Under the pieces are notes generated by a model. The model made no database searches, was not told where the DNA came from, and saw nothing but the letters and a program-made list of their open reading frames with translations. The position numbers and the translations under genes are program-made. Of a stretch of 21,358 bases of DNA, positions 8,701 through 16,808 are shown piece after piece. The DNA comes from a virus, in the IMG/VR virus record IMGVR_UViG_3300001918_000004; one strand, given 5' to 3'. The stretch's first letter is position 1; each line of letters opens with the position of its first letter.

Positions 8701-8907
8701 ATGCAAGCGTTGAAACAGATTTTAGAGTCGCGAAACCTTGTCGTGGTGCTAATGGTCGCATCCGGGTTCGTGCTGGCATTACATGGAAAAGATTTACCGC
8801 CCAACTTAACCAGGGTGGCTGATGTGGCGTTAGGTGGCGTGTTAGGCTTAGCGGCTCCGTTCGCTGTAAATAAGGCGGAACGTCGTCGTGACTCTAACCC
8901 CGAATAA
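8701..8907 (+). CDS. Small two-TM membrane protein, holin-like
   Basis: 68 aa; hydrophobic LVVVLMVASGFVLAL and VALGGVLGLAAPFAV; charged C-terminal tail; GAGG upstream. Confidence 0.55.
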   Translation: MQALKQILESRNLVVVLMVASGFVLALHGKDLPPNLTRVADVALGGVLGLAAPFAVNKAERRRDSNPE

Positions 8908-8916
8908 CACAGCGTT

Positions 8917-11900
8917 ATGGTTCAATCTATACTTTCCCGTGACAGCAGTAATCTGCTGACTCGTCCACAGAACTACGAGCAGCCACTACCATTCCCGCAA
9001 CTGACTGAGCGCATTGCGTGGTTTCAACGCAATGAAATGATGGCACAGCCGTTGGAGTCTGTGTTGAGTGTTTACGCCCGTCTGCACGAGATGTTGCCTG
9101 GAATTGCGACGCCTACATTTGACCGGCTGCTGCAACAGGTTTTCACAGATGTGTGGGGCCTGGGCATGCAGGCAGGAATGCAAGACTACGATCAATTTCA
9201 AACGCAAGAGTCAGCATCGTTTCAAGCGAATTTTAGCAGAGAAAGCAGTAACGAACGGTTTACGAATCTGTACGACCGACCCCCAGGTGGGCGGAATTGG
9301 GTAAGAGAAGATCAACGCCGCATGATTGAGCAGGCGGCAAACCCGCCGTACACGGACGAAGAAAGAGAGTGGTTTGCTGCCGTTGCGCTAACGAATCCTG
9401 CAAATGTTGAGAGCTATCCACCTGAAGTTAGAAATCTGTTTAATAGACGGATTAATAACTTAGCCACGGCCTTAAAACGGCGTCCGGTGTATTTGGCGAT
9501 AGAACAAGACTTGCGTTTGGTTAGAGACCAAAAAATAACGTTGGATGAGTTTAATCGCATCCATGACTACCTGCCCTTGTCTAAGCGTCTGACGGACGAC
9601 GATGTGCAAGGTTATGTGGAAGCACGAGCGAATCGTTCTGGTAGAGGCCCGTGGTTGGAAGACTTGCGTGCAAACAACTATGTAGCGATCAATCTCGCTA
9701 CTGGTGACGGCACAAACGAAGTAAACAGGCCTCCGTTTGATGCGCGTATTTTTCGAGAAGCGCGCTTTAAAGCGATGCAGACGTATTACAACGACAACAT
9801 CAAAGACATCATTGACAGTGAAGCGCAGTATTACTACCAGAAGCGCAACTTTTCTAGATTAAGCCGAAATCTGTGGAACAGTGTAAAAAACTATCAAGAC
9901 CTTAACTCGGAAGCACTTAGGAGTGCTCGTCGCGATCCGTATGGTGCTCCGCTGGCTCGAGAGAAGTATCTTAACCAGTACGATAAACGATTTGGTGTGG
10001 CGGATTACACACCGCAACAACATGCGGCTCGTTTGAATGTTTTACGTCAGGTATTTGATTACAACAAGCAGTACAGCGAAAACTATCTTCGGCGTTTGTT
10101 ACGTGAGGGCTTAATTACACGCGCTGAACGTGAAGTGCTACGAGGCAACGCAACGAACGAAGAAGTAGCGGCGTTACAGAGAAAGTACGAACAAGAAACA
10201 CGCAACAGTAAATACATCAGAATCACACCAACCATGCTGCGTGACTTTGCTTCAAACGCTCCGCTGCAAGTGCGGTATCCGTTGTACGTGTCTCCCGATG
10301 TAGAGATGGAAGTCATAGTCGGGTTTGATCCTGAAACCGGTGCGGTTAGACGACGTGTTGTTCGGGGAATGGATGCTGTCGGTTATTGGGCAGATGACCG
10401 CACGATCAAAGGCATGGCTAGAGCGTTTTATGAGCAAACAAACAGCCAACGCAACATAAACGAGGTGGTCGGGCTTGCTGCTACGGAAGTGCATGCCGCA
10501 TACGTCACGGGTCAGATGCATCGGATTGTTAGACGATCCAGAATGTTGCGTGAACCTGCGCCGTATTTTCGGTGGATCGTTTTAGCTGGGTTTGAAGCTA
10601 GAGCCTGTCCGTTTTGTCTTGAGCGAAATGGGCGTGTGTATAGCTTGGGGGATTTACTCAATTCGGTTCAAAGATTGATCCCAGCCCATTGGTTGTGTCG
10701 TTGCGTTTGGGTTCATGCAGGGCCTTCGGACTACTACGGTAGGGAAGAAGAGGATCGTCCTAGAATCCGTAGAGGACGCAATAAAGGTCAACCTAGAGAC
10801 CCTGTTATTCCGATTGAACGTACCCGTTTAGAAACACGACGCTTAATCACAGCAGGCGCAATGAGTGCTGGTATTGTAACGCTGCTGCTGGCTTCGGCGT
10901 TTGCAGGTGCGCGTATGGTTCCGTTGCGTCAAGCCAAGAAAGGAAGCCCGATTCGAAAAGCAACCGAAGAACTTTTAGCGCAAACACCGGTACGCCCACC
11001 TAAAGCGGTGCAAGTGGAGTTCCCCTCTACAGCAAAAGGCGCAGACGCACCGATTGAAGAATTGGCTGTAGATCAAACGAGAATGATTCAAAACATTCAA
11101 GCTCGTTACAACGACGTTAGCGCAAACACGTACAGACAGATCGCTCGACTGATGGAGAAACAAGAAATCAGGCCAAGGGAATTGGTTTCGACGTTAGTCG
11201 GGTACAAGCGTTCGGCATACTCCGACGACATCAAACAAATCCGTGACGGACTCATCAGTGAACTTCAAGAGCGTTCGGGCTGGTCTGAGTTATTAACGCG
11301 TGTGCGGGAGATGGACGCTCAAGACGAAAACAAAAACCGATTTATCATCGAGTACAACGAACGTCAACGGGCATTAGGACAACCGGAAAGCAGTTTACGA
11401 GAACTCAAACCCACTCGAGCCGGTAATCTAGAACAGTTTAGGCAGCGTGTCGATTTGATTGAGAGTGAGGCGATTCAGCTAGGTGCGGATTTAACTGAAC
11501 TTCAAATGCAGTTAGCAGAACCCAACAGCGCACTTAATGCGGCTATGCGTGATTTGCGTAACAACACGCAAGTTAGTCCACGAACATACGCCGTGCTGCG
11601 TAGAGCTAGAGAAGCTGCCTATCGCTCAGATTACTTGTCTAGATTGGCGATGAACACAGACTTAGAAGGAGAACTGCTGTATCAAGAGGCTGCTGCTGCG
11701 TACTTAAATGACTCTCAAATCAACGAGCTACTGTCTGGTATTACGTCTCAAGGCAATGTTGCAGTTTTACCTGCCGTAGCTGCGGTACAAGATCAGCAAA
11801 TACGCTTAATCAACAATTTAAGTCGGGTTAACGATGCCACAACTAAATCTATTGGGGAATTACTCGATTTAGCTTTGGAGGCGTCTGTCGTACGCAAAAC

Positions 11901-12372
11901 TACCATCACCCCAGACGTAGCCGTGCTTTTGCGTGAACGCTTAACTGAATTAGAGCCGTACTTGCGTCAAAAACAAGTGTTGCGTCAAGAAGCTCAAGAG
12001 CGCATTAATGCGTTAGTTCGTCGGGTGGAACAACTACCGAAGGCTGAATCGTTGGAAGATGCGTACAGATTTGAAGCAACGTATAAAGAACTTGTTGGTG
12101 AGGTTTACGCCGAAATTCGTAACGTGTCTGCTAATGCGAACGAAAGCAGGACTTCGGAGTTAGTACGGGAAATTAGGTCAATCACAGACCAATACTCTAT
12201 CCCGCGTGTAGATGAATCGTTGACACAGTTAAACCGTAGCGTCATGTCGCAGATCCGTGCGTCAGAGCGGTCAGGTCTAAGGCAGTTAAACGTCATCAAC
12301 AAGCTGCAAGATATACGCAACAAGAAACTAGGCCTGGCGCAAGAAAAAGTGCGCGAAGCAGAAACGTCCTGA
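8917..12372 (+). CDS. Large MuF (Mu gpF / SPP1 gp7-like) head morphogenesis protein with insertion and C-terminal extension
   Basis: AATEVHAAY..G, FRW, RACPFC..RNGRVY and IPAHWLCRC at about aa 520-600 are MuF signatures; VWGLGMQAG near aa 79; hydrophobic helix at about aa 643-665. Confidence 0.8.
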   Translation: MVQSILSRDSSNLLTRPQNYEQPLPFPQLTERIAWFQRNEMMAQPLESVLSVYARLHEMLPGIATPTFDRLLQQVFTDVWGLGMQAGMQDYDQFQTQESASFQANFSRESSNERFTNLYDRPPGGRNWVREDQRRMIEQAANPPYTDEEREWFAAVALTNPANVESYPPEVRNLFNRRINNLATALKRRPVYLAIEQDLRLVRDQKITLDEFNRIHDYLPLSKRLTDDDVQGYVEARANRSGRGPWLEDLRANNYVAINLATGDGTNEVNRPPFDARIFREARFKAMQTYYNDNIKDIIDSEAQYYYQKRNFSRLSRNLWNSVKNYQDLNSEALRSARRDPYGAPLAREKYLNQYDKRFGVADYTPQQHAARLNVLRQVFDYNKQYSENYLRRLLREGLITRAEREVLRGNATNEEVAALQRKYEQETRNSKYIRITPTMLRDFASNAPLQVRYPLYVSPDVEMEVIVGFDPETGAVRRRVVRGMDAVGYWADDRTIKGMARAFYEQTNSQRNINEVVGLAATEVHAAYVTGQMHRIVRRSRMLREPAPYFRWIVLAGFEARACPFCLERNGRVYSLGDLLNSVQRLIPAHWLCRCVWVHAGPSDYYGREEEDRPRIRRGRNKGQPRDPVIPIERTRLETRRLITAGAMSAGIVTLLLASAFAGARMVPLRQAKKGSPIRKATEELLAQTPVRPPKAVQVEFPSTAKGADAPIEELAVDQTRMIQNIQARYNDVSANTYRQIARLMEKQEIRPRELVSTLVGYKRSAYSDDIKQIRDGLISELQERSGWSELLTRVREMDAQDENKNRFIIEYNERQRALGQPESSLRELKPTRAGNLEQFRQRVDLIESEAIQLGADLTELQMQLAEPNSALNAAMRDLRNNTQVSPRTYAVLRRAREAAYRSDYLSRLAMNTDLEGELLYQEAAAAYLNDSQINELLSGITSQGNVAVLPAVAAVQDQQIRLINNLSRVNDATTKSIGELLDLALEASVVRKTTITPDVAVLLRERLTELEPYLRQKQVLRQEAQERINALVRRVEQLPKAESLEDAYRFEATYKELVGEVYAEIRNVSANANESRTSELVREIRSITDQYSIPRVDESLTQLNRSVMSQIRASERSGLRQLNVINKLQDIRNKKLGLAQEKVREAETS

Positions 12373-12381
12373 TAATAGGAC

Positions 12382-12407
12382 AAAAAAACACCCGACTCAG
12401 CGGGTGT
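12382..12407 (-). terminator. Rho-independent terminator
   Basis: Stem ACACCCG/CGGGTGT with a 6-nt loop followed by a T-run on the minus strand; lies between convergent genes. Confidence 0.8.
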
Positions 12408-12458
12408 CGTAACTAAATTGTTCATTCATCACTCGCGGAGATCGCTCATGACTGAGGG

Positions 12459-12911
12459 TTAGCTTAGCAGATTCTCCAGATCTTTGACCCGCTTAATGAT
12501 GTACTCGACGTTTAAGCCAGGGCAGTTCCTACGAATCTCAACAATCTCTCGAATAATCTGTTCGCTACGAGCCTGCGGACTGCGCCCACAGAGTAGCTGA
12601 TAACGCTCAAATGCAGACATTAGAGCGTCTTTGGTGGGATACACATCTTCTAAGTCGGCAAACCGAGGGCCTATGAATTTAACAAATAATTCATCGCTTT
12701 CGGTATATTCCGGCTTTAAGGGCATGATTCGAGGATTACCGCCTTTACTAAGGTGGGTTGTATCTGGAGCCTCTAAGTCCGCTGTAGTAGCGGAAGCAGT
12801 AACGGTCGGCTTAAGGGTGGGAACAGACGTAGATTGGCTAGTACCCGTAGATCGGCGGCGACGAATACGGGTCTTAGTGGGTGTAACCTCCTGGGCTGTT
12901 TGGGTGTCCAT
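12459..12911 (-). CDS. Hypothetical protein, S/T/R-rich disordered N-terminus and helical C-terminus
   Basis: ATG at 12911 with GAGG upstream; flanked by its own predicted promoter and terminator. Confidence 0.7.
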   Translation of the reverse strand: MDTQTAQEVTPTKTRIRRRRSTGTSQSTSVPTLKPTVTASATTADLEAPDTTHLSKGGNPRIMPLKPEYTESDELFVKFIGPRFADLEDVYPTKDALMSAFERYQLLCGRSPQARSEQIIREIVEIRRNCPGLNVEYIIKRVKDLENLLS

Positions 12912-12928
12912 TAGACTTACCTCTATCG

Positions 12929-12937
12929 TGTGGATAA
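12929..12937 (-). promoter_or_regulatory. Perfect DnaA-box sequence TTATCCACA
   Basis: TGTGGATAA on the plus strand, between the predicted promoter and RBS of the 12911 gene; function is unproven. Confidence 0.4.
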
Positions 12938-12951
12938 CCATCTATAGTCTT

Positions 12952-12980
12952 ACTGTAACGATCTCCATACGATCCGACAA
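12952..12980 (-). promoter_or_regulatory. Sigma70-type promoter candidate
   Basis: Minus strand TTGTCG-N17-TACAGT with an AT-rich tract just upstream. Confidence 0.5.
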
Positions 12981-13034
12981 CCCGATTTAAATATAAATTT
13001 CTTACGTTGTATCCCAGAGCACTTTATGCGGCGT

Positions 13035-13043
13035 TGTTATACT
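13035..13043 (+). promoter_or_regulatory. Extended -10 promoter candidate for ruvC
   Basis: TGnTATACT about 25 nt before ATG 13068. Confidence 0.45.
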
Positions 13044-13067
13044 CAAGTTAACGCTTGTGTGGCCTGC

Positions 13068-13586
13068 ATGACTCAACGGTATCGTCGGGTGTTAGGTATA
13101 GATATTGGTTCCTGCAACTTTGGGATCGGTATTGTAAGTGCGCCGGGGTCAGGTATGTGGCTCGTACACCACGAACTGCTGCGTTTAGATCAAGATTACT
13201 TCCCTGAGCGGCTGCACTTAATAGGTCTGAGATTAAACGAGTTAATTGACAAATACGCTATTACAGAGATAGCCTACGAACGTCCCTGCGTAAAGGGACA
13301 AATCGGTGCTGACTTAAACATGGTGGTTGGTGTGGTACTGTTCATCGCCAAGTCTAACAACAAAGAAATCCACGGATACACCCCGGCTGCGGTTAAGCAG
13401 ACCGTTACAGGCGCAGGTAAAGCAAACAAACAGCAGGTCGAAGATAACGTACGCAAACGCTTAGAACTCCCGATAACGCATTTAATCAAAACAGACCACG
13501 AAAGCGACGCCATTGCGGTAGCTTTAACGCACATCGACAAATGCAAAGGAGCGCAAAAACGTAATGGAACCAAACAAGCCGCGTAA
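13068..13586 (+). CDS. ruvC: RuvC Holliday junction resolvase
   Basis: VLGIDIG, IAYE, YTP..VK..VTG.GKA.K.QV and DHESDAIAVA catalytic motifs; start 13068 preferred to 13026. Confidence 0.92.
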   Translation: MTQRYRRVLGIDIGSCNFGIGIVSAPGSGMWLVHHELLRLDQDYFPERLHLIGLRLNELIDKYAITEIAYERPCVKGQIGADLNMVVGVVLFIAKSNNKEIHGYTPAAVKQTVTGAGKANKQQVEDNVRKRLELPITHLIKTDHESDAIAVALTHIDKCKGAQKRNGTKQAA

Positions 13587-13764
13587 ACCAGACAAACGCC
13601 AGCAGAAAGCGGCTCAGCAGCAGTTGTTGGAACGCCGAATCAAGGTTATGCCTCTCGAAAAGCAGTTCAAAATGCGGATCATGCGCGAGCGTGCAGAGTG
13701 CTTAGACAAAGACGACTTGGTGTATCTCGTACTATCTCTTGCCGCAACAATCGAAGGGTACTAA
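13564..13764 (+). CDS. NblA-like protein (phycobilisome degradation adaptor family), C-terminally short
   Basis: MPLEKQFKMR...AECLDKDDL..LVLSL aligns without gaps to the NblA pattern LSLEQQF.IR.....V..MS.DQ...FL..L; alternative start at 13648. Confidence 0.55.
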   Translation: MEPNKPRKPDKRQQKAAQQQLLERRIKVMPLEKQFKMRIMRERAECLDKDDLVYLVLSLAATIEGY

Positions 13765-15206
13765 ATACCTTCATTCAAGCCAGCATACTCCCCGAACTGT
13801 TCTGGGTTTTGTTGCTCGTTGAACATCTGCTGTTGCGTTTGTTGGATTTGCTCTCGCTCTAATCGCTCTTGCTCTACGGTTTCTTCCGATTTCAACGGTA
13901 GATCTAGTAGCTCACGCACTTTGTTGATGACGTCGGGATCTGAGCTATCTACAAGCTGCATAGATGATGCTGCAATAATGTTTTGCAGTAATGCGGTTTT
14001 GGTCGCTGTGTCTTTGTGTACTTCAGCGTTAAAGTCGCCTAAGTCACGATACTCTCCGAAGTTACCTTGAAGCAGCGGTCGTACCATCTTGTTCAGCATC
14101 TCGTCTTTGATCTGCTGCACGATGGATTCGATAGTGGCGTCTAAGACGCTCTTATGGGTTTCGGCAACTCCACCGCCAAATAACCCATGGCTTTCATTGA
14201 AGATAGACGCGGGAAGATGAAATGCTTGCGTTATGGATTGGTTCAGGTACGTTAAAGCCAGATTCCAGAACTGCTCCCCAGCAGATAGTTGCCTGGGTTC
14301 AATTTTGTTTTTAATGTCCGTGACTAACACGGAACTGTTTTCTAGCTGCCGTAGTTGATAGGCTAACGCCGTAGCAGAGGATGTGTGAATGATTTTGCCT
14401 GACGAATCTTTGCGGGGTTGTCCGTTCGGCCCAAGCAGTTCTACTTTGTCGTTGCTGTCGGTGTACCCGATCCAGAACCCTGTAGCGTTGTTTTTAGCAG
14501 CGATGGTCATCTCTGCCAACACAGTCTTTTTCGCTTGGTAGTACGGATAAGCTCGTTTTCCTTCTGCACTTCCAAATGGATCATTAAAGTTGGTGGTGTA
14601 TCCCGCAACGATGTGAATGCATTTGTTGTATGGGATGTACTTCTCGATGCCGTAGTTATCTCGGTACACCACATACTTAATGCCGCACTTGTTACCTTTA
14701 AACGTAACCCTGCGGGGATCAAGGACGTTGATGCCTTTCAAACGCCATTCATTTCGTAAAGACGAGTCAAACAGGATTTCCCCGACAGCAAAACCAACAC
14801 CCATGGCAGAACACAACTGCCCGACAACTTGGTTGAGGTTGCCCTCCATTGTCGAGATGTTGTGCTGCATCCAGTCTTGGATGTGGCGTTTGTTGTGTTC
14901 GTACTTACCGAACGCTGTCGTTGCACGTAAAGCTTTAAGCTCCATACAGCTTCGAGCGACTGGATCACGCTCCATCATGGTGATCAAGTCATCTAATGTA
15001 CCGGACTTGTCTTCAATCCGGCTGATTTCCTCCAGCGTGTCGCTGGCCATCCGTAAAATGCGGGAACTAAAACGGGTATCCGTTAACGGCAGACCGGAAA
15101 AGTATTCTTGATTTTCGGTGTATCTCCGAGACCCGCTTGACCTCAGAACCCGGTTCGCAACTTTTTGAGACCGTAACGCTGCAACAGATTTCACAACAAC
15201 ACTCAT
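13761..15206 (-). CDS. Portal protein, DUF935 / Mu gp29-like
   Basis: 481 aa; MERDP....C...K, GFAVGEI, DPFG....RAY..Y..KK, YLNQSI..A and VRPLL..NFG; acidic tail. Confidence 0.85.
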   Translation of the reverse strand: MSVVVKSVAALRSQKVANRVLRSSGSRRYTENQEYFSGLPLTDTRFSSRILRMASDTLEEISRIEDKSGTLDDLITMMERDPVARSCMELKALRATTAFGKYEHNKRHIQDWMQHNISTMEGNLNQVVGQLCSAMGVGFAVGEILFDSSLRNEWRLKGINVLDPRRVTFKGNKCGIKYVVYRDNYGIEKYIPYNKCIHIVAGYTTNFNDPFGSAEGKRAYPYYQAKKTVLAEMTIAAKNNATGFWIGYTDSNDKVELLGPNGQPRKDSSGKIIHTSSATALAYQLRQLENSSVLVTDIKNKIEPRQLSAGEQFWNLALTYLNQSITQAFHLPASIFNESHGLFGGGVAETHKSVLDATIESIVQQIKDEMLNKMVRPLLQGNFGEYRDLGDFNAEVHKDTATKTALLQNIIAASSMQLVDSSDPDVINKVRELLDLPLKSEETVEQERLEREQIQQTQQQMFNEQQNPEQFGEYAGLNEGI

Positions 15207-15227
15207 CTAGTAAAAGCTATCTCTATT

Positions 15228-15995
15228 CTATGGGCCAGTTACTTTTTGGATAAAGTGCTGTTCTGCGTCAGTTATTTGCTGGATAACCGAATCCCACGAG
15301 TTGTTGCGTAACAAGTTGAGTGTTTCAGGGTGTCGTCTAGGCTGCACGCGACTTCGGATACTTAACGCCTTAGCGTAAAGATCGGTTATCGGTAGGTTGT
15401 GCGTGTATTTGTGAGGCGGTAATTTGTGCTTAAGTAGAGCGTACGAGTCAGGGCATAGTCGAGTTACGTGCAGCGGTGACGCTAAATCGTGTGGGATTAT
15501 GTCGTCGTACCTGTACATCACATAGAAATTAGTGGTTGGTTCAGGCATAAGCTGTACGCTTTGAAGCTCGTTGACGTTCATCAACAACGGGCTGTCTTCG
15601 TACGATAACGCTGTCCCAAATGGTAGCTGCCTGTTGTGGAAGTAGTACGACTTAATCTGGTTTGTGTGAGCTATTTTTCCCCACACTGCGTACCGCATGA
15701 CGTCTCCGCCTAACAGCAGCACATCGGCGTCATAAACCCACTTAGACGCGTAATTGTTGTATTCTGCATCAGAAATGCATTTGCACGATTTACTGACTTG
15801 AACGATGTGTGTAGCACTTACTTTTAACTCACGCTCCGGTGCGGTTTGTTCGAGACAGTCTGCGTTCATCGCATAACCTAATACCCGCACAGTATGTCTT
15901 TGACGTTGCAGCAACTCTGCTAAATACGTCAGTTGAATGCTGCGTTCGTCGGCATCGTCAAAAGGCATGCCGCTGTGTAGGTAAGTTACTTTCAT
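15228..15995 (-). CDS. Degenerate GT-B/GT4 glycosyltransferase-like protein
   Basis: N-terminal MKV.YL...LA..L....H.V.V, DADVLLL and C-terminal NSWDSVIQQI match GT4 termini, but it is only 255 aa with no evident EX7E motif. Confidence 0.45.
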   Translation of the reverse strand: MKVTYLHSGMPFDDADERSIQLTYLAELLQRQRHTVRVLGYAMNADCLEQTAPERELKVSATHIVQVSKSCKCISDAEYNNYASKWVYDADVLLLGGDVMRYAVWGKIAHTNQIKSYYFHNRQLPFGTALSYEDSPLLMNVNELQSVQLMPEPTTNFYVMYRYDDIIPHDLASPLHVTRLCPDSYALLKHKLPPHKYTHNLPITDLYAKALSIRSRVQPRRHPETLNLLRNNSWDSVIQQITDAEQHFIQKVTGP

Positions 15996-16015
15996 GCTAT
16001 GGCGTATCTAATACG

Positions 16016-16423
16016 TCAGTTTGTTGTTGGCGTACGTGCGTTTACGGCGCGGACGGTAGTATCTGTAAGAGGGTTGCGTTTCGCTTCATCAATCATGTGC
16101 TTCGAGCCGGAACTTTTGCCGTCCCAAAACACCACAGCCGCATCTGCAATTTTTGCCATTTCGCAGTTGCGGATAATTCCAGCCGACTTACCGTGCGTGT
16201 TCCAGTCTGCGAGAAACCTTTGCACCGGTAGATTCCGTTCTTTGGCGTACTTTTCGCCTAATGCATCAGCACCTTTAGCACCGCCAGAAAGGATGTTAAC
16301 GATGGCTGTTTTCAAGACATGTTGCAAGTAGTAGTCCATGCGATGACGCAGTATCTCGTAGTTATCGAAGCTGCGTGAGCCTGCAATGATGACTTTAAAT
16401 ATCTGTTCCGGCGTCGTTGACAT
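16016..16423 (-). CDS. DUF2493 / YspA-related SLOG family protein
   Basis: KVIIAGSRSF, SGGAKGAD, ADW..HGKSAG.IRN.EMA, FWDGKSSGS.HMI. Confidence 0.9.
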   Translation of the reverse strand: MSTTPEQIFKVIIAGSRSFDNYEILRHRMDYYLQHVLKTAIVNILSGGAKGADALGEKYAKERNLPVQRFLADWNTHGKSAGIIRNCEMAKIADAAVVFWDGKSSGSKHMIDEAKRNPLTDTTVRAVNARTPTTN

Positions 16424-16808
16424 TGCTCACATACTCCAATTCTTCAAGCTCCAGGTCTAGGTATTCTGCCAACACCTTTTCGTTCTTATACGGCATTTCG
16501 TTGATCACTTGCGTGACGTAACTTCTAAAGTCCGCAACATTCTCTCGCATAGATGAGGATTCAGCTACAGCATCCAAAAACACTCCAAGATCTGCAATGG
16601 ACTGTTTTGTTGCGTAGTCTAAGAAAAACTCCATCAACACAACGACGAGGTTTTGCATGTAATCGAGTTGACCACCAAGCTCTGCAATAGACTTTTCCAA
16701 CGCTGTTGCATAGTGTCGATAGGCACGTGTGTCTGTGCCGCTTTCTGTTAAGTTAGCGATTTCAGGGTGTCTCGCACATAAATATTCGACAAGGGGTGTG
16801 TTTTTCAT
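16395..16808 (-). CDS. Hypothetical acidic helical protein
   Basis: 137 aa ORF overlapping both neighbours in the operon. Confidence 0.65.
   Translation of the reverse strand: MKNTPLVEYLCARHPEIANLTESGTDTRAYRHYATALEKSIAELGGQLDYMQNLVVVLMEFFLDYATKQSIADLGVFLDAVAESSSMRENVADFRSYVTQVINEMPYKNEKVLAEYLDLELEELEYVSNVNDAGTDI

Noticed and set aside
8691-8703. Lambda S-type dual start for the small holin-like gene
   Set aside because: The ATGs at 8696 and 8701 are 5 nt apart and out of frame.
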